DNA of 63,710 nt from a virus. Lineage: Duplodnaviria; Caudoviricetes. Within the stretch, counting starts at the first letter, position 1. Every line of letters begins with the position of its first letter. Below the pieces are notes generated by a model, which saw nothing but the letters and a program-made list of their open reading frames with translations, was not told the DNA's origin and ran no database searches. Shown here piece by piece: positions 54,947 through 63,710 of this stretch. Position numbers and translations under genes: made by a program. The stretch covers positions 1 through 63,710 of IMG/VR virus record IMGVR_UViG_3300024182_000006. One strand, 5' to 3'.

Positions 54947-56911
54947 CTACGTTGATTCTGACACAGCGCCGCTGGATTTGAGCTGCGGCGGGTTCTGGCC
55001 GGAGGATTTGCGACCGGCCGCGGACACCTGCCCCATGAGATTGAGTTTTGAAGCGACGATGAGACGCTCCATGATCGTCTGGGGAGTTTTACCTGTGGCC
55101 GGATCGGGTGGATAGTCTCCGAGATTGGGCACGTCCATGTGCTCCATGGCGGTCATCGGATCGACGAAGCCGCCACGGGCGAGCTGGAGATACTTCATCT
55201 GCTCCTGGAAGCGCGCTGAGTTGAGCATCGAGTTGGGCGCGATGTCGAAGCTGATGAAGTTGAGCATGTCGCGGGCACGGTCGCGCGCAGGACGGGGTTG
55301 GGCATGACGTTCCGGTTTGAGGGCGCCATGCTTGTCGAAGTCGTCGCCGATGTGGACGGGGATCAGATTCGGGCCAGTCGGGTCGAAATCCTCCACGGTC
55401 AAGCCCTTCGGCCCCATGATGCGCAGACGCTTTTTCTGCGTCCAGTATTGGCAGATGTTGAAAGCCATCTGCATGGCGAACTCGCGAATGAAGGCCTCGA
55501 GGGTGCGCGAGCGCATCCGAGTGGCGCCGGTCATCATCTCGGTGATGGCCTCGGTGGACTCGGCCGCGGGGAGCTGGCCCTTGTTGAGGACATTCGCCAT
55601 ATCGAACGAGCCGGCGAGCGAGCGCATACGCCCGATGATGAACGCGGGCCGCTGAGAGATCTCCGGAGGCATCGGGGGCGGGTACTCGAGCTCAAATCCT
55701 TTGCCAGGGCCGGGGCGACGGTAGAACTTGCCCCCGGCTTTGCGCGTACGCATCTTCTCGGCGGATGAGCGCGAGAGACCTGCATTCTGGTCGACGATCA
55801 GGTCAGGCTCGACGAACTTCTGGACGTAGTCGGCGATCGCCCGTTGGGTCTTGTTCAGCTCACGCTGCCAGTCGATCAGATCCCACATCGGGGCCTTGCC
55901 GAAGTAGCAGCGGGCGAACGGCCACTGGTCCAGAGTCAGTTTGCTCACGGGGAATTGGCCGTGCCAGTAGTTATTTGGACCGTCGTAGAAGCGGCAGGAG
56001 TTGGTCATGACGACGACACGGCCGTAGGGATAGAGACGCTCGCCAGGCTCGACGCGATAGGACCAGTTACGACGGGGCTTGCGACCGTCACCACTCCACG
56101 GTCCCATCAGACGCGCTGAGGAGGACTCGTTGATTCGATCGTCGTGGACGTAGGCGGTGTACAGATCGGCTACGGGGTAGGCACCGGCTGACATGTTGGC
56201 TTTAGGCTTCGAGATGAAGTCCTTGTACATCGAGAAAGGGGACTTGTTCGCGAATGCGATCACGCGCTGGGTGTAGGTCTCCTGCTCGTCGGAGGGGACG
56301 GGGCTCCCGTCACGATCAGCGACGATACGGGAAGCGAAGTCGGGGAAGCGCTGGCGGAGACTGTTGAGAGTCATCTCCTCCCGCATGATGAGCATCTTGC
56401 AATCTTGATAGGAGTGCGGGGAGGTGGGACGAACGACCAAGGCGTCGCGGCAATCGACATAGCGGGAGCGAAACTCGCGAATGGAAGGGTCCCAGGTGGT
56501 CCAGAGAGCGGCCGAGCCGTTGGTCAGACATCCGGAGATCGCGTCGGCGAAACGCATATCGATCCGCTGCTCGAGCCACCAGTGTTTGACGGCGTTGTTG
56601 AGCATGATGCCTTGCTGATCGTAGTCGTGGTTTTGTGTGGAGTAGGAGAGAAAGGGGCGGGTGTCGGTGAGCTGGGCCTTGAGATTGCCCCCGATCGAGC
56701 CGTATTCGTTGTCGGTGATGTTGGACAGGTCCGCCGAGCGGATGTCATCGTACTCGCCCATAACCATCTTCTGGGCGATGTCCATCTTGCCGTAACCGTA
56801 CTGCTGGCGGTAGAAGCCCTCGGCCTCCTGCACACCCTCGCGGATGTAACCCCGGACATGCTCCTCGTCCTCGGAGAATGGGACGATCTCGCCGCTGTCG
56901 TCGATACTCAC
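54947..56911 (-). CDS. Portal protein
   Basis: 654 aa, downstream of TerL; helical with YPYGRVVV, PFARCYFG..P..DLIDWQ..LNK. Confidence 0.8.
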   Translation of the reverse strand: MSIDDSGEIVPFSEDEEHVRGYIREGVQEAEGFYRQQYGYGKMDIAQKMVMGEYDDIRSADLSNITDNEYGSIGGNLKAQLTDTRPFLSYSTQNHDYDQQGIMLNNAVKHWWLEQRIDMRFADAISGCLTNGSAALWTTWDPSIREFRSRYVDCRDALVVRPTSPHSYQDCKMLIMREEMTLNSLRQRFPDFASRIVADRDGSPVPSDEQETYTQRVIAFANKSPFSMYKDFISKPKANMSAGAYPVADLYTAYVHDDRINESSSARLMGPWSGDGRKPRRNWSYRVEPGERLYPYGRVVVMTNSCRFYDGPNNYWHGQFPVSKLTLDQWPFARCYFGKAPMWDLIDWQRELNKTQRAIADYVQKFVEPDLIVDQNAGLSRSSAEKMRTRKAGGKFYRRPGPGKGFELEYPPPMPPEISQRPAFIIGRMRSLAGSFDMANVLNKGQLPAAESTEAITEMMTGATRMRSRTLEAFIREFAMQMAFNICQYWTQKKRLRIMGPKGLTVEDFDPTGPNLIPVHIGDDFDKHGALKPERHAQPRPARDRARDMLNFISFDIAPNSMLNSARFQEQMKYLQLARGGFVDPMTAMEHMDVPNLGDYPPDPATGKTPQTIMERLIVASKLNLMGQVSAAGRKSSGQNPPQLKSSGAVSEST

Positions 56912-56934
56912 CCGTCACGCCCTCCCCTCTTACC

Positions 56935-57630
56935 TCACTCGGTAGCTGATCCGCTTTTCTCCACCGAGACGCTCTCAGTTACCGGATTGACGGAGAACTG
57001 GTAGGCGGCCGGCTCGGAAGGTGCGTCCATCGTACCCCAATCATCGTTATCTTGAGCGGCGATCTCTGCCAGCTCCGCTTCCCCCTCCGGATCGGAGTCC
57101 GAGAGAGCGGTGTCGGGGTTGGAGTAGTCGAAGATGTCGTTCAAAGGCTCGGTCCAATCGCGGTAGTTGGGGTGCTGCTCTTTGCAGAAGCGCTCGGCCT
57201 CGCGGAGAGTGGAGAACTCGACGCGCTCCTCGCCCGGACGGGGAATGGTGCCGTTGTAGCGCCAATCAGACATCTTCGTGGCGATCTCGGCGGGGGATTC
57301 GCCCAGGAGGTGGCGGTCTTGGGCGTAGGCCTCGACGGTGGTGGCCGAGGGGTAACGGTAGTGCTCGCGACCGTGATCATCGTGCCAGCGGAAGACAACG
57401 GGACGGTGATCGGGACGGAGAGCCTGAACGTAGGTGCGGCGATACGAGGCCTCGGACTCGCGCTCGAGCTGCCAGCCGTTGCACTCGGGGCAGCGAACAT
57501 CGCCCAGAGTCGAGAATTGGCCCTCGATGATGTCCATTGTCTTGCGCGACCAGAAGCCGGCGCGGAACTGAGCCCGGCAAGTGGGCGTTTGGCAGTGGAA
57601 AAGGCGCGTGCGGTAGGTGTTGCGAGCCAT
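56935..57630 (-). CDS. Zn-ribbon hypothetical protein
   Basis: FHCQTPTC...CPEC; acidic tail. Confidence 0.6.
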   Translation of the reverse strand: MARNTYRTRLFHCQTPTCRAQFRAGFWSRKTMDIIEGQFSTLGDVRCPECNGWQLERESEASYRRTYVQALRPDHRPVVFRWHDDHGREHYRYPSATTVEAYAQDRHLLGESPAEIATKMSDWRYNGTIPRPGEERVEFSTLREAERFCKEQHPNYRDWTEPLNDIFDYSNPDTALSDSDPEGEAELAEIAAQDNDDWGTMDAPSEPAAYQFSVNPVTESVSVEKSGSATE

Positions 57631-57632
57631 CG

Positions 57633-58085
57633 TCAGATCTTCCCGTTGACCCAGGCGTCGAACATCTCATCGAACACGACCTTGGCCCATTCGCGCGCGG
57701 GGAGGCCTGTGGCGTTACGGCCGTTGAGCACGTCCAATTGCCATTGGGTCAGCTTGATGCGAACGCCGCCAATCGAGATGGAGACGAGTTTCTCGATCTC
57801 GGCCACGAGCTCGTCGCCAGATTGCGGGGATTTGGATAGGCACTCACAGATCTGGCCGAATTGCTCGCGGGTGAGAGTGATTGTTCCACGTGGATCAACC
57901 GGAGCGTTGGCGTAGGCCAAAAAGACGCGGGTGATCACATCGGACAAGGGGAGGGAATGACGCGCCCCCAGTTGGGCAGCAAGGTCGGCGGGCACCTCCA
58001 CAGCAACCCGGACCGAAGGCACGTCAGATGAGGTAGTGACAGAAGACGGGGTTTCCGTTGCAGATGTCGGTATGACCTTGCTCAT
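57633..58085 (-). CDS. Hypothetical protein (RHH-like duplicated), probably leaderless
   Basis: TATACT ends 6 nt before the ATG; no RBS. Confidence 0.6.
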   Translation of the reverse strand: MSKVIPTSATETPSSVTTSSDVPSVRVAVEVPADLAAQLGARHSLPLSDVITRVFLAYANAPVDPRGTITLTREQFGQICECLSKSPQSGDELVAEIEKLVSISIGGVRIKLTQWQLDVLNGRNATGLPAREWAKVVFDEMFDAWVNGKI

Positions 58086-58091
58086 GCGGGG

Positions 58092-58111
58092 AGTATAGCA
58101 TCCACGTGCTA
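58092..58111 (-). promoter_or_regulatory. CACGTG-N2-TGC-TATACT promoter overlapping a TAGCA-N6-TGCTA palindrome
   Basis: 58096-58111 = TAGCATCCACGTGCTA. Confidence 0.6.
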
Positions 58112-58131
58112 ATTCGAATCAGTGGGCGCGT

Positions 58132-60255
58132 TCAATGAACGTTGTGATTGTAGCTGTCGGGGTCGAGCTTGGCGTTGATCGACTCGATCATCTCCTCGCG
58201 AGTCAGATCCGAGGCCTGGTAGTCGGGAATGACCCCATTGGGCGGAGCGTCGGTGATCGTGTCGGGCACCTCGCCGTAGGACTCCCAATCGTGCGCGGCG
58301 TAGAGAGCGCATTGCGTCGCGCGGAGGGCGTCGTCGTGGAAGCCGTAGTCGGCTTTGGCCGTCATCATGTTCGGGTCTTCCTCGCAGTTGCGCATCTCCA
58401 CGTCGACTAGATACGCGGAACGAGCGATGAAGCGGACGCGGGAGAGCTCCTTGCCCTGGTATTTGATGATCTTGCAGTAGGAGATGTGGGGCTTGGTGCG
58501 GTGCCACAGATCGCGAACGGCGCGGGGAGTGGCTTCCCAGCCAAACGAGCGCACGTGGGTGTAGGTGGCCATGTTGGCCTTGCGATAGAGACGGTAGTAG
58601 CCGAACTCGTTCCACAACTTCTCCTGGAGCGGCTCTCCGGGGGAGGGGTACGTTTCCACGATCGCCTCGCACATCTCCTCCTCGCGCCCGTGGTAGAGAC
58701 GGCCGAGATAGTTGGCGATGGGGGCAGCCGCGTCGTAGGTGATCGGGGCGAGAAACTCGCACACCTGGACGTCTGGCTCGCCATGCTCCCCAACGCGAAT
58801 GATCTCGATCGCGCAGTTGTCCGTTTTCGTGTCCCCCTCCTGGGGGGATCGGCGTGACCAGTTGGGGAGGCCGCGGGAGGCGTCGACGCCCATGATGTAA
58901 CGCGCGTGGGCATTGGGGCGCTCCCACATCCGAATCAGACCACGGAGGTCGTTAGGGTTGACGGACAGATCGGCGCGGCGCATGCCACGATCGAGCCATT
59001 CGAACACGTGCGCGGGGGGCTGGGTGTCGTTGAGCAGGCGATCGAGGACGGTTGGGGAGAAGGGAGATTGGGTGCGGGATTGGAATCCCTCTTCCGGGGT
59101 GGCTGGGTAGTTCTGGAGGTGCTGGGCGAGCATCCCACGCTGCTCGGCAGTCGCGCGCGCGTCCTCATAAAAGTACAACTGGGCGCGATCGAGAGTGACG
59201 CGCTCGCCTTGCCACTCACCGTTCTCGTCCCACCGGCCTACCCACTGCTCGGAGGTGGAGTAGACACGGTAGGCGTACTTCATCGTGGCCTCGGAGGGGG
59301 TCCAGTCGTCCGGGGGCTCGAGGCGGTATTTGCCCGGCTCGGAGTACCAGGGGACGAAGATGCCGTGCCAGCGACCGGCGTTACCGGAAAGAGAGGAGCG
59401 GACGAGCTGGTGCCAGTAGTTGCCTTGGCCCTGGGCGAGGGACTCGAGGATGACGATCGTGACAAGGGAGTAGGGGACTGATTTGAAGAAGTGATTCTCG
59501 AGCTGGTCGGTGATGTTGCGCGGCCAGGAGGCGAGCTCGGTGAGATGGCCCCCGTGGGTCGTGCCGCCCATGGCGATGCCTGATTCCTGCTTAGCGTCTT
59601 GGAGCAGGACCGTTGTGTCGAGGGACTCGCACTGCATACCGGCGATCTTCGTTTTGCTGGTGATGTCGGGCTTCATCCACCAGGGGAGGTAGCGGAACAT
59701 CAGCTGCATCTTGTCGAACACCTCGCCCGTCTTGGTGTTGTCGGCTGAGGCCACGACGAGGCGGATGTGCTGAGAAAAGCAGAAGCGGTGGAGGAGGATC
59801 GCTTGGGAGACGATCGTCGCGCCCATCTGGCGCGCCTTGTGGACCACGACGCAGATCCCCTTGACGCGGATCATCGAGTCGGAGAGGCCACGGGCGACTT
59901 GGCGATCGTAATCGGCCCACATCTCCTCCTCGACATGGGCAATGTGCTCGAGAATGATCCGCTGGCTGCCCCAGGGGGAGAGCAGACCCAGGCCACCGGT
60001 GGCCGAGTCGAGCTGGACGAACACGTTGCGCTCGGCCCAATAGCGGAAGTCGAGTGTACAGAGGAGGGTCTGATCTTCGATGAATTGGGATTCGGCCTCG
60101 GTGAGGGGACGCGTCTGGTTGCCATCACCATCGACTGCCTCAGCGAGAGAGGCTACCGCATCGCGGTAGTCGTCGACGGAGTAGCGGCGGAGGGTGCGGC
60201 CGAGGATGCCCTCGACCGCGGCGATGTGCTCGCGGGTGATCCGCTCGGAGTACAT
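58132..60255 (-). CDS. terL: Terminase large subunit
   Basis: PWGSQ (Q motif), VVHKARQMGAT (Walker A), HLTELA (Walker B), ILES..QG, YIMGVDASRG and HDDAL (RNase H-like nuclease). Confidence 0.92.
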   Translation of the reverse strand: MYSERITREHIAAVEGILGRTLRRYSVDDYRDAVASLAEAVDGDGNQTRPLTEAESQFIEDQTLLCTLDFRYWAERNVFVQLDSATGGLGLLSPWGSQRIILEHIAHVEEEMWADYDRQVARGLSDSMIRVKGICVVVHKARQMGATIVSQAILLHRFCFSQHIRLVVASADNTKTGEVFDKMQLMFRYLPWWMKPDITSKTKIAGMQCESLDTTVLLQDAKQESGIAMGGTTHGGHLTELASWPRNITDQLENHFFKSVPYSLVTIVILESLAQGQGNYWHQLVRSSLSGNAGRWHGIFVPWYSEPGKYRLEPPDDWTPSEATMKYAYRVYSTSEQWVGRWDENGEWQGERVTLDRAQLYFYEDARATAEQRGMLAQHLQNYPATPEEGFQSRTQSPFSPTVLDRLLNDTQPPAHVFEWLDRGMRRADLSVNPNDLRGLIRMWERPNAHARYIMGVDASRGLPNWSRRSPQEGDTKTDNCAIEIIRVGEHGEPDVQVCEFLAPITYDAAAPIANYLGRLYHGREEEMCEAIVETYPSPGEPLQEKLWNEFGYYRLYRKANMATYTHVRSFGWEATPRAVRDLWHRTKPHISYCKIIKYQGKELSRVRFIARSAYLVDVEMRNCEEDPNMMTAKADYGFHDDALRATQCALYAAHDWESYGEVPDTITDAPPNGVIPDYQASDLTREEMIESINAKLDPDSYNHNVH

Positions 60256-60262
60256 GAGTCGA

Positions 60263-60532
60263 TTATGGCGCCGGTGGGGGGGTCAGAGTCCAGCTGCCCC
60301 CGGTGAGGGTGTAATTGGTCTCGGTGCCATCGACAGGTGAGATGAAGCGGAGGGTGATGCCGGTCTCATTGTTCCTGATGAGAGTCGCAAAGCTCAGGAG
60401 CATGCCGGCATTGTCGGTGATGTTGGGCAAGGCGTAGAAGAATACAGCCTCGGCGTCCCCGGTGTAGGTACGCGCGGTGATCTGACCCCCGATGTTGGCG
60501 GTGTTGGCAGATACGTTCTCTACATGGCTCAT
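60263..60532 (-). CDS. Hypothetical protein
   Basis: AGGAG RBS. Confidence 0.55.
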   Translation of the reverse strand: MSHVENVSANTANIGGQITARTYTGDAEAVFFYALPNITDNAGMLLSFATLIRNNETGITLRFISPVDGTETNYTLTGGSWTLTPPPAP

Positions 60533-60569
60533 CTGATCAAGATCTCCTGTGGGTTGGTAGGTTGATGAG

Positions 60570-61106
60570 TTAGGGGCGAAGCGGCTCTACAGGGGTGACG
60601 ATCGACACACGAACCGCTTCTTTGAACACGTCGAGGAGGAAATAGACGCGGTGCTTGTTGCTCTTGGCCTCGGCTCCGGAGATCCCGTACTGGTAGGAGC
60701 GGTCGCGATCGATGGTGATGAACGCCATCCCTCGAATGTCTCCCGCCTCGGCCTCGGAGAGTAGGCGTCGGAGCTCGGTGACGAGATCCTCATCGGGGAG
60801 GAAGGCGGCCGGACGGATGGGGGATACGGGGATGGGCTCGCCCTCTATGGGGAGTGTCTCGCGGTGAGCAGGCCCACCCGGCGTGGTGTCCGGATCGCGT
60901 TCACCGAGAGGAGGAATCGCTGCTTTGGGCGCCTCCAAGAGCACGAATTCGGTGCGGTCTTCTGTCACGATCGAATCCTCCACTGGCTGGGGTGTTGGCT
61001 GGCCGACCCACGGAGCCTCCGTCAGAAAGTCGCCAATTGAAACGGTCATAGGCTCCTCCCTCAGTTCCCGCATCAAACGTAATTTCTCGTTGAGAGTCAG
61101 GTTCAC
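60570..61106 (-). CDS. Hypothetical protein
   Basis: GAGGAGG RBS, GTGA coupling. Confidence 0.6.
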   Translation of the reverse strand: MNLTLNEKLRLMRELREEPMTVSIGDFLTEAPWVGQPTPQPVEDSIVTEDRTEFVLLEAPKAAIPPLGERDPDTTPGGPAHRETLPIEGEPIPVSPIRPAAFLPDEDLVTELRRLLSEAEAGDIRGMAFITIDRDRSYQYGISGAEAKSNKHRVYFLLDVFKEAVRVSIVTPVEPLRP

Positions 61107-61489
61107 GGTTCCTCCTCGTCTTCGTGCAGCGCGTGTAGGAACTGCTTTTCTTGCTCGGAGAGCTCGCTCTCGGACTTCCCGTACGCGGATTCGGCGCGCA
61201 TCTCCCTCTCGATCCGCCCCATCGCCTCCACATGGTCGCGAGCGGCCTCGGTGATCTCGTCCGGGTACATCGGATCGAACAGATTCACGTTCAGATCGGC
61301 GCGGGTGGGTGGGGGAGCCGCTACATCCACCCCGTACTCGCGCAAAACGACGATGCGGAGGGCCTCGGCGATCGATTCGAGCGCATTTGCGGCCCTGGCG
61401 ATCGAAACCAGGTCCGTACGGCGCCTCTCGACGATCTTCCCTCCCGATTGGAGGCGTTTTAGGCGCCCGAACAGGTCAAATGGCAGCAT
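61103..61489 (-). CDS. Hypothetical protein
   Basis: AGGAGG RBS. Confidence 0.6.
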   Translation of the reverse strand: MLPFDLFGRLKRLQSGGKIVERRRTDLVSIARAANALESIAEALRIVVLREYGVDVAAPPPTRADLNVNLFDPMYPDEITEAARDHVEAMGRIEREMRAESAYGKSESELSEQEKQFLHALHEDEEEP

Positions 61490-61525
61490 TTTCCCCTCCT
61501 ACAACGATTTTGCACGGGTAAGTGG

Positions 61526-61759
61526 TCACTTTTTCCCTCGTTTTGCCCGTTTTTTCCGTGTATATGCCCCTGTTTGCTTGGGGCGATGGCCGATATGCCA
61601 CGTCTCACACCAGGAACAGCGGAATGGGGTGTTCAACCCTCTGTAATGGGCCTTGTTCCGCCTCTTGTCGCGCTTGCGCAGGTCGAATTTGCCCGCTGCT
61701 TTGACTGCATCCCCAATGCACTCGTAGCAAATCTTGGATGTCATCACACAAATCATCAT
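61526..61759 (-). CDS. Small Zn-finger protein (K..Y...A...FRC..C..WHI)
   Basis: Motif commonly seen in small phage proteins. Confidence 0.6.
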   Translation of the reverse strand: MMICVMTSKICYECIGDAVKAAGKFDLRKRDKRRNKAHYRGLNTPFRCSWCETWHIGHRPKQTGAYTRKKRAKRGKK

Positions 61760-62436
61760 TCCCCGGAGCCCTCGTCGTCGGGAACTCGGCGGACGGAGGT
61801 AACGCGAGCACTCTCGATGATGCGCTGGCCACGGGATACCCGGTCCGAGTGGCCGTTACCGTTGATCTGAATGTTGTTCTGGACGATCGGACCCGAGCGC
61901 TCCTCTACGGCTCCGAGGACCTGGGCGAAGAGCTTGCGAGAGGCGGCGTCACCGGGGCGGCGAACAGTACCCGTGCCGGCGCACTGGGGGCAGGCTACCT
62001 CCAAGCTGATCGACGGGTCCGAACGGGAAGGGACTACGATGCGGCACTCTCCCCAGCAGAACTGGCATACAGCGACGAGGGAACGGGAGTCCTCGCCCAG
62101 ATCGTCGACGAAGCGCCCCACATGTCGGGACGCGGCCTGGATGACCGCCTCCCCAACCTTGTGCTGGCGGTAGAGATCGACCAGATCATTGTAGGTGACT
62201 CCGGCCTCGCGGCAGAGGGACTCGGGAGAGTGCTTGGAGTAGGCCGGGTCCCCCATGAGCGCGGCAAGTTTGCCGGCAGGAGAGGAGAGCGGGTGTGTGG
62301 TGAGGACGCGGAGCCATTCGTCTCGTGGGGCCGAGTCGAAGAGGGAGCGGACCAAGGCTCGGGTGCGGCTGGAGGTCGGCTCGATCTGGGTGCCGCGTTC
62401 CCCGCGCTTACGCTTTGGTTTGGTCATCGCTATCAT
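61756..62436 (-). CDS. Candidate terminase small subunit with DnaJ-type Zn finger
   Basis: HTH-like SPESLCREAGVTYNDL, CQFCWG...CPQCAGTG, C-terminal IVQNNIQIN; upstream of TerL. Confidence 0.5.
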   Translation of the reverse strand: MIAMTKPKRKRGERGTQIEPTSSRTRALVRSLFDSAPRDEWLRVLTTHPLSSPAGKLAALMGDPAYSKHSPESLCREAGVTYNDLVDLYRQHKVGEAVIQAASRHVGRFVDDLGEDSRSLVAVCQFCWGECRIVVPSRSDPSISLEVACPQCAGTGTVRRPGDAASRKLFAQVLGAVEERSGPIVQNNIQINGNGHSDRVSRGQRIIESARVTSVRRVPDDEGSGE

Positions 62437-63058
62437 TCCCTCTCCCAGCGCAGTGGACCATACATTGGTTGCAGAGAAGCCATACATCCCCCTCCCTGTC
62501 GAACCAAACCCGCTCCGCCCGGGCGTTGTCGTGCTCCTCGGCGGTCAGGTGGAGCGCGTTCCCGCAACCGCACGGGGGATTGCAACCGATGATGGCGTCG
62601 GTTAGTTCTTGGGCTCGATGGCTCTCATCACGTAGACGCCGCTTGAGATAATCGGTCTTGGCCTGATCGGCGACGATACGGTTGGCGAGTTGAGCCGCCG
62701 TCTCCTGCGAGAGCTCGTAGGTCTTCCAACCGATAGGCAACCCACCACAACGAGCCTTGAGATACAGGTATTGGCGGCAATTCATGCTGATGGCCGCGAG
62801 AAGAGCCGCGACATCCTCATCAGTGGCGATGCCGTAAGGCGCAGCTACTTCTTCCGACGCGATCATTGCGGCTTCGGCGTTGATCCCGCGCCTCTCCCGG
62901 AGTTTCCCCAGCTCGGCGCCATCGGCCTCGATACGGTTGATGAGCCTCTCGATATCGAACTTGGACACGGTCACATCGGCACTGACGACCTGATTCGTGA
63001 CAGGGCCGATCTCCATCGCCTGCTTCAGACGTGCAATATCCCTATCGGTCGCGATCAT
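62408..63058 (-). CDS. Hypothetical protein with internal duplication
   Basis: IATDRDIARL...LINRIEAD and IATDEDVAAL...LANRIVAD; GGAGGAG RBS. Confidence 0.6.
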   Translation of the reverse strand: MIATDRDIARLKQAMEIGPVTNQVVSADVTVSKFDIERLINRIEADGAELGKLRERRGINAEAAMIASEEVAAPYGIATDEDVAALLAAISMNCRQYLYLKARCGGLPIGWKTYELSQETAAQLANRIVADQAKTDYLKRRLRDESHRAQELTDAIIGCNPPCGCGNALHLTAEEHDNARAERVWFDREGDVWLLCNQCMVHCAGRGNDSDDQTKA

Positions 63059-63330
63059 CTCTCCTCCAGTTCCGCGTCGATCGTCTCGCCGATCTCCACC
63101 CCGAGCAAAATGGCCGGGTCCATCTGTAACCACTGGCACACCTTGGCAAACGAAGGGAGGTCGGGGAGACAATTCCCCCTGAGCCATCGGGAAAGAGACG
63201 ACGGGTTGACCCCCATCTGGCCGGCGACCTTGCGCAGGCTCAACCCCTCGCGCTCGGACTTGGCCTCCACAGCGAGACGCAAGCGGGTGACGATGCCCAC
63301 GTGAGTGATGGTATTGGCAGGCGTGGTCAT
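63055..63330 (-). CDS. XRE-family HTH regulator
   Basis: EGLSLRKVAGQMGVNPSSLSRWLRGNCLPD. Confidence 0.85.
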   Translation of the reverse strand: MTTPANTITHVGIVTRLRLAVEAKSEREGLSLRKVAGQMGVNPSSLSRWLRGNCLPDLPSFAKVCQWLQMDPAILLGVEIGETIDAELEER

Positions 63331-63659
63331 CACGGGGCTCCAAACAGAGTGTGATTCGCCGACACGTACCAGTCGCACGCCCAGGGGATGGCCGAGGCGG
63401 GCGGGATCGGAGGCGTGGGGTCAGTCCCGCGGACAACGTACCACTGGACCGGTTTGATCTCGCCGGCGGGTGCGGCGTGGACCGAGCCAATGCAGGCGCG
63501 GTCGCCGGGAGAGTAGCGCCGCCAGTCGGGCTCGGTGAGAAGGACGCGGTTGTAGACGGGGGCGGGGGCCTCGATCACGGGGGTGGGAGGCGGGCAACAG
63601 GATGGGGACGCGAGAAGGACAGCAGATACGACTGTGGGAATGAGTACGTCAAGTTTCAT
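63330..63659 (-). CDS. Putative lipoprotein / exported protein
   Basis: MKLDVLIPTVVSAVLLASPSCC: basic N-terminus, hydrophobic core, Cys; AGGAGGAG RBS. Confidence 0.6.
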   Translation of the reverse strand: MKLDVLIPTVVSAVLLASPSCCPPPTPVIEAPAPVYNRVLLTEPDWRRYSPGDRACIGSVHAAPAGEIKPVQWYVVRGTDPTPPIPPASAIPWACDWYVSANHTLFGAP

Positions 63660-63710
63660 ATGAATAACTCCTCCTTGTGGTGTTGCACGAATAGTATAGC
63701 ACGTGGATGC
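63564..63710. repeat. Terminal direct repeat (right copy)
   Basis: Matches 1-147. Confidence 0.95.

Overview
The window is an apparently complete ~63.6-kb, GC-rich tailed-phage genome assembled as a circle: bases 1-147 recur at 63564-63710. It has two converging arms. The + strand (~0.5-31.3 kb) carries small early genes, a minimal C5-cytosine methyltransferase, HTH regulators and a replication/recombination block (DinG/XPD-like helicase, PD-(D/E)XK nuclease, AAA_24/Sak4-like ATPase, ERCC4/XPF-like nuclease, UDG4-fused family A polymerase). It ends in a sugar-modification block (SAM methyltransferase, GT4, two GT2, GNAT) with a holin-like gene. The - strand (63.66-31.4 kb) carries a podovirus-type morphogenesis arm: TerL, portal, scaffold, major capsid protein, adaptors, a very large nozzle-like protein and ejection proteins. 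The most unusual signal is that four genes inside the virion module, including a tailspike with a recognisable virion-anchoring domain, begin with Sec-type signal peptides, and three of them carry paired cysteines. Two of them share a QLFNNP...LPATC...CTATNTWT mature N-terminal module. This suggests fibres/spikes that are exported, matured outside the cytoplasm and added to virions late, or displayed on the cell surface. Other notable points are three general-stress-type small proteins, a recurring TAGCA/CACGTG promoter-operator grammar, two structured intergenic elements, and no recognisable endolysin, primase, integrase, RNA polymerase, tRNA or CRISPR array. All assignments come from reading motifs by eye; no database searches were run.
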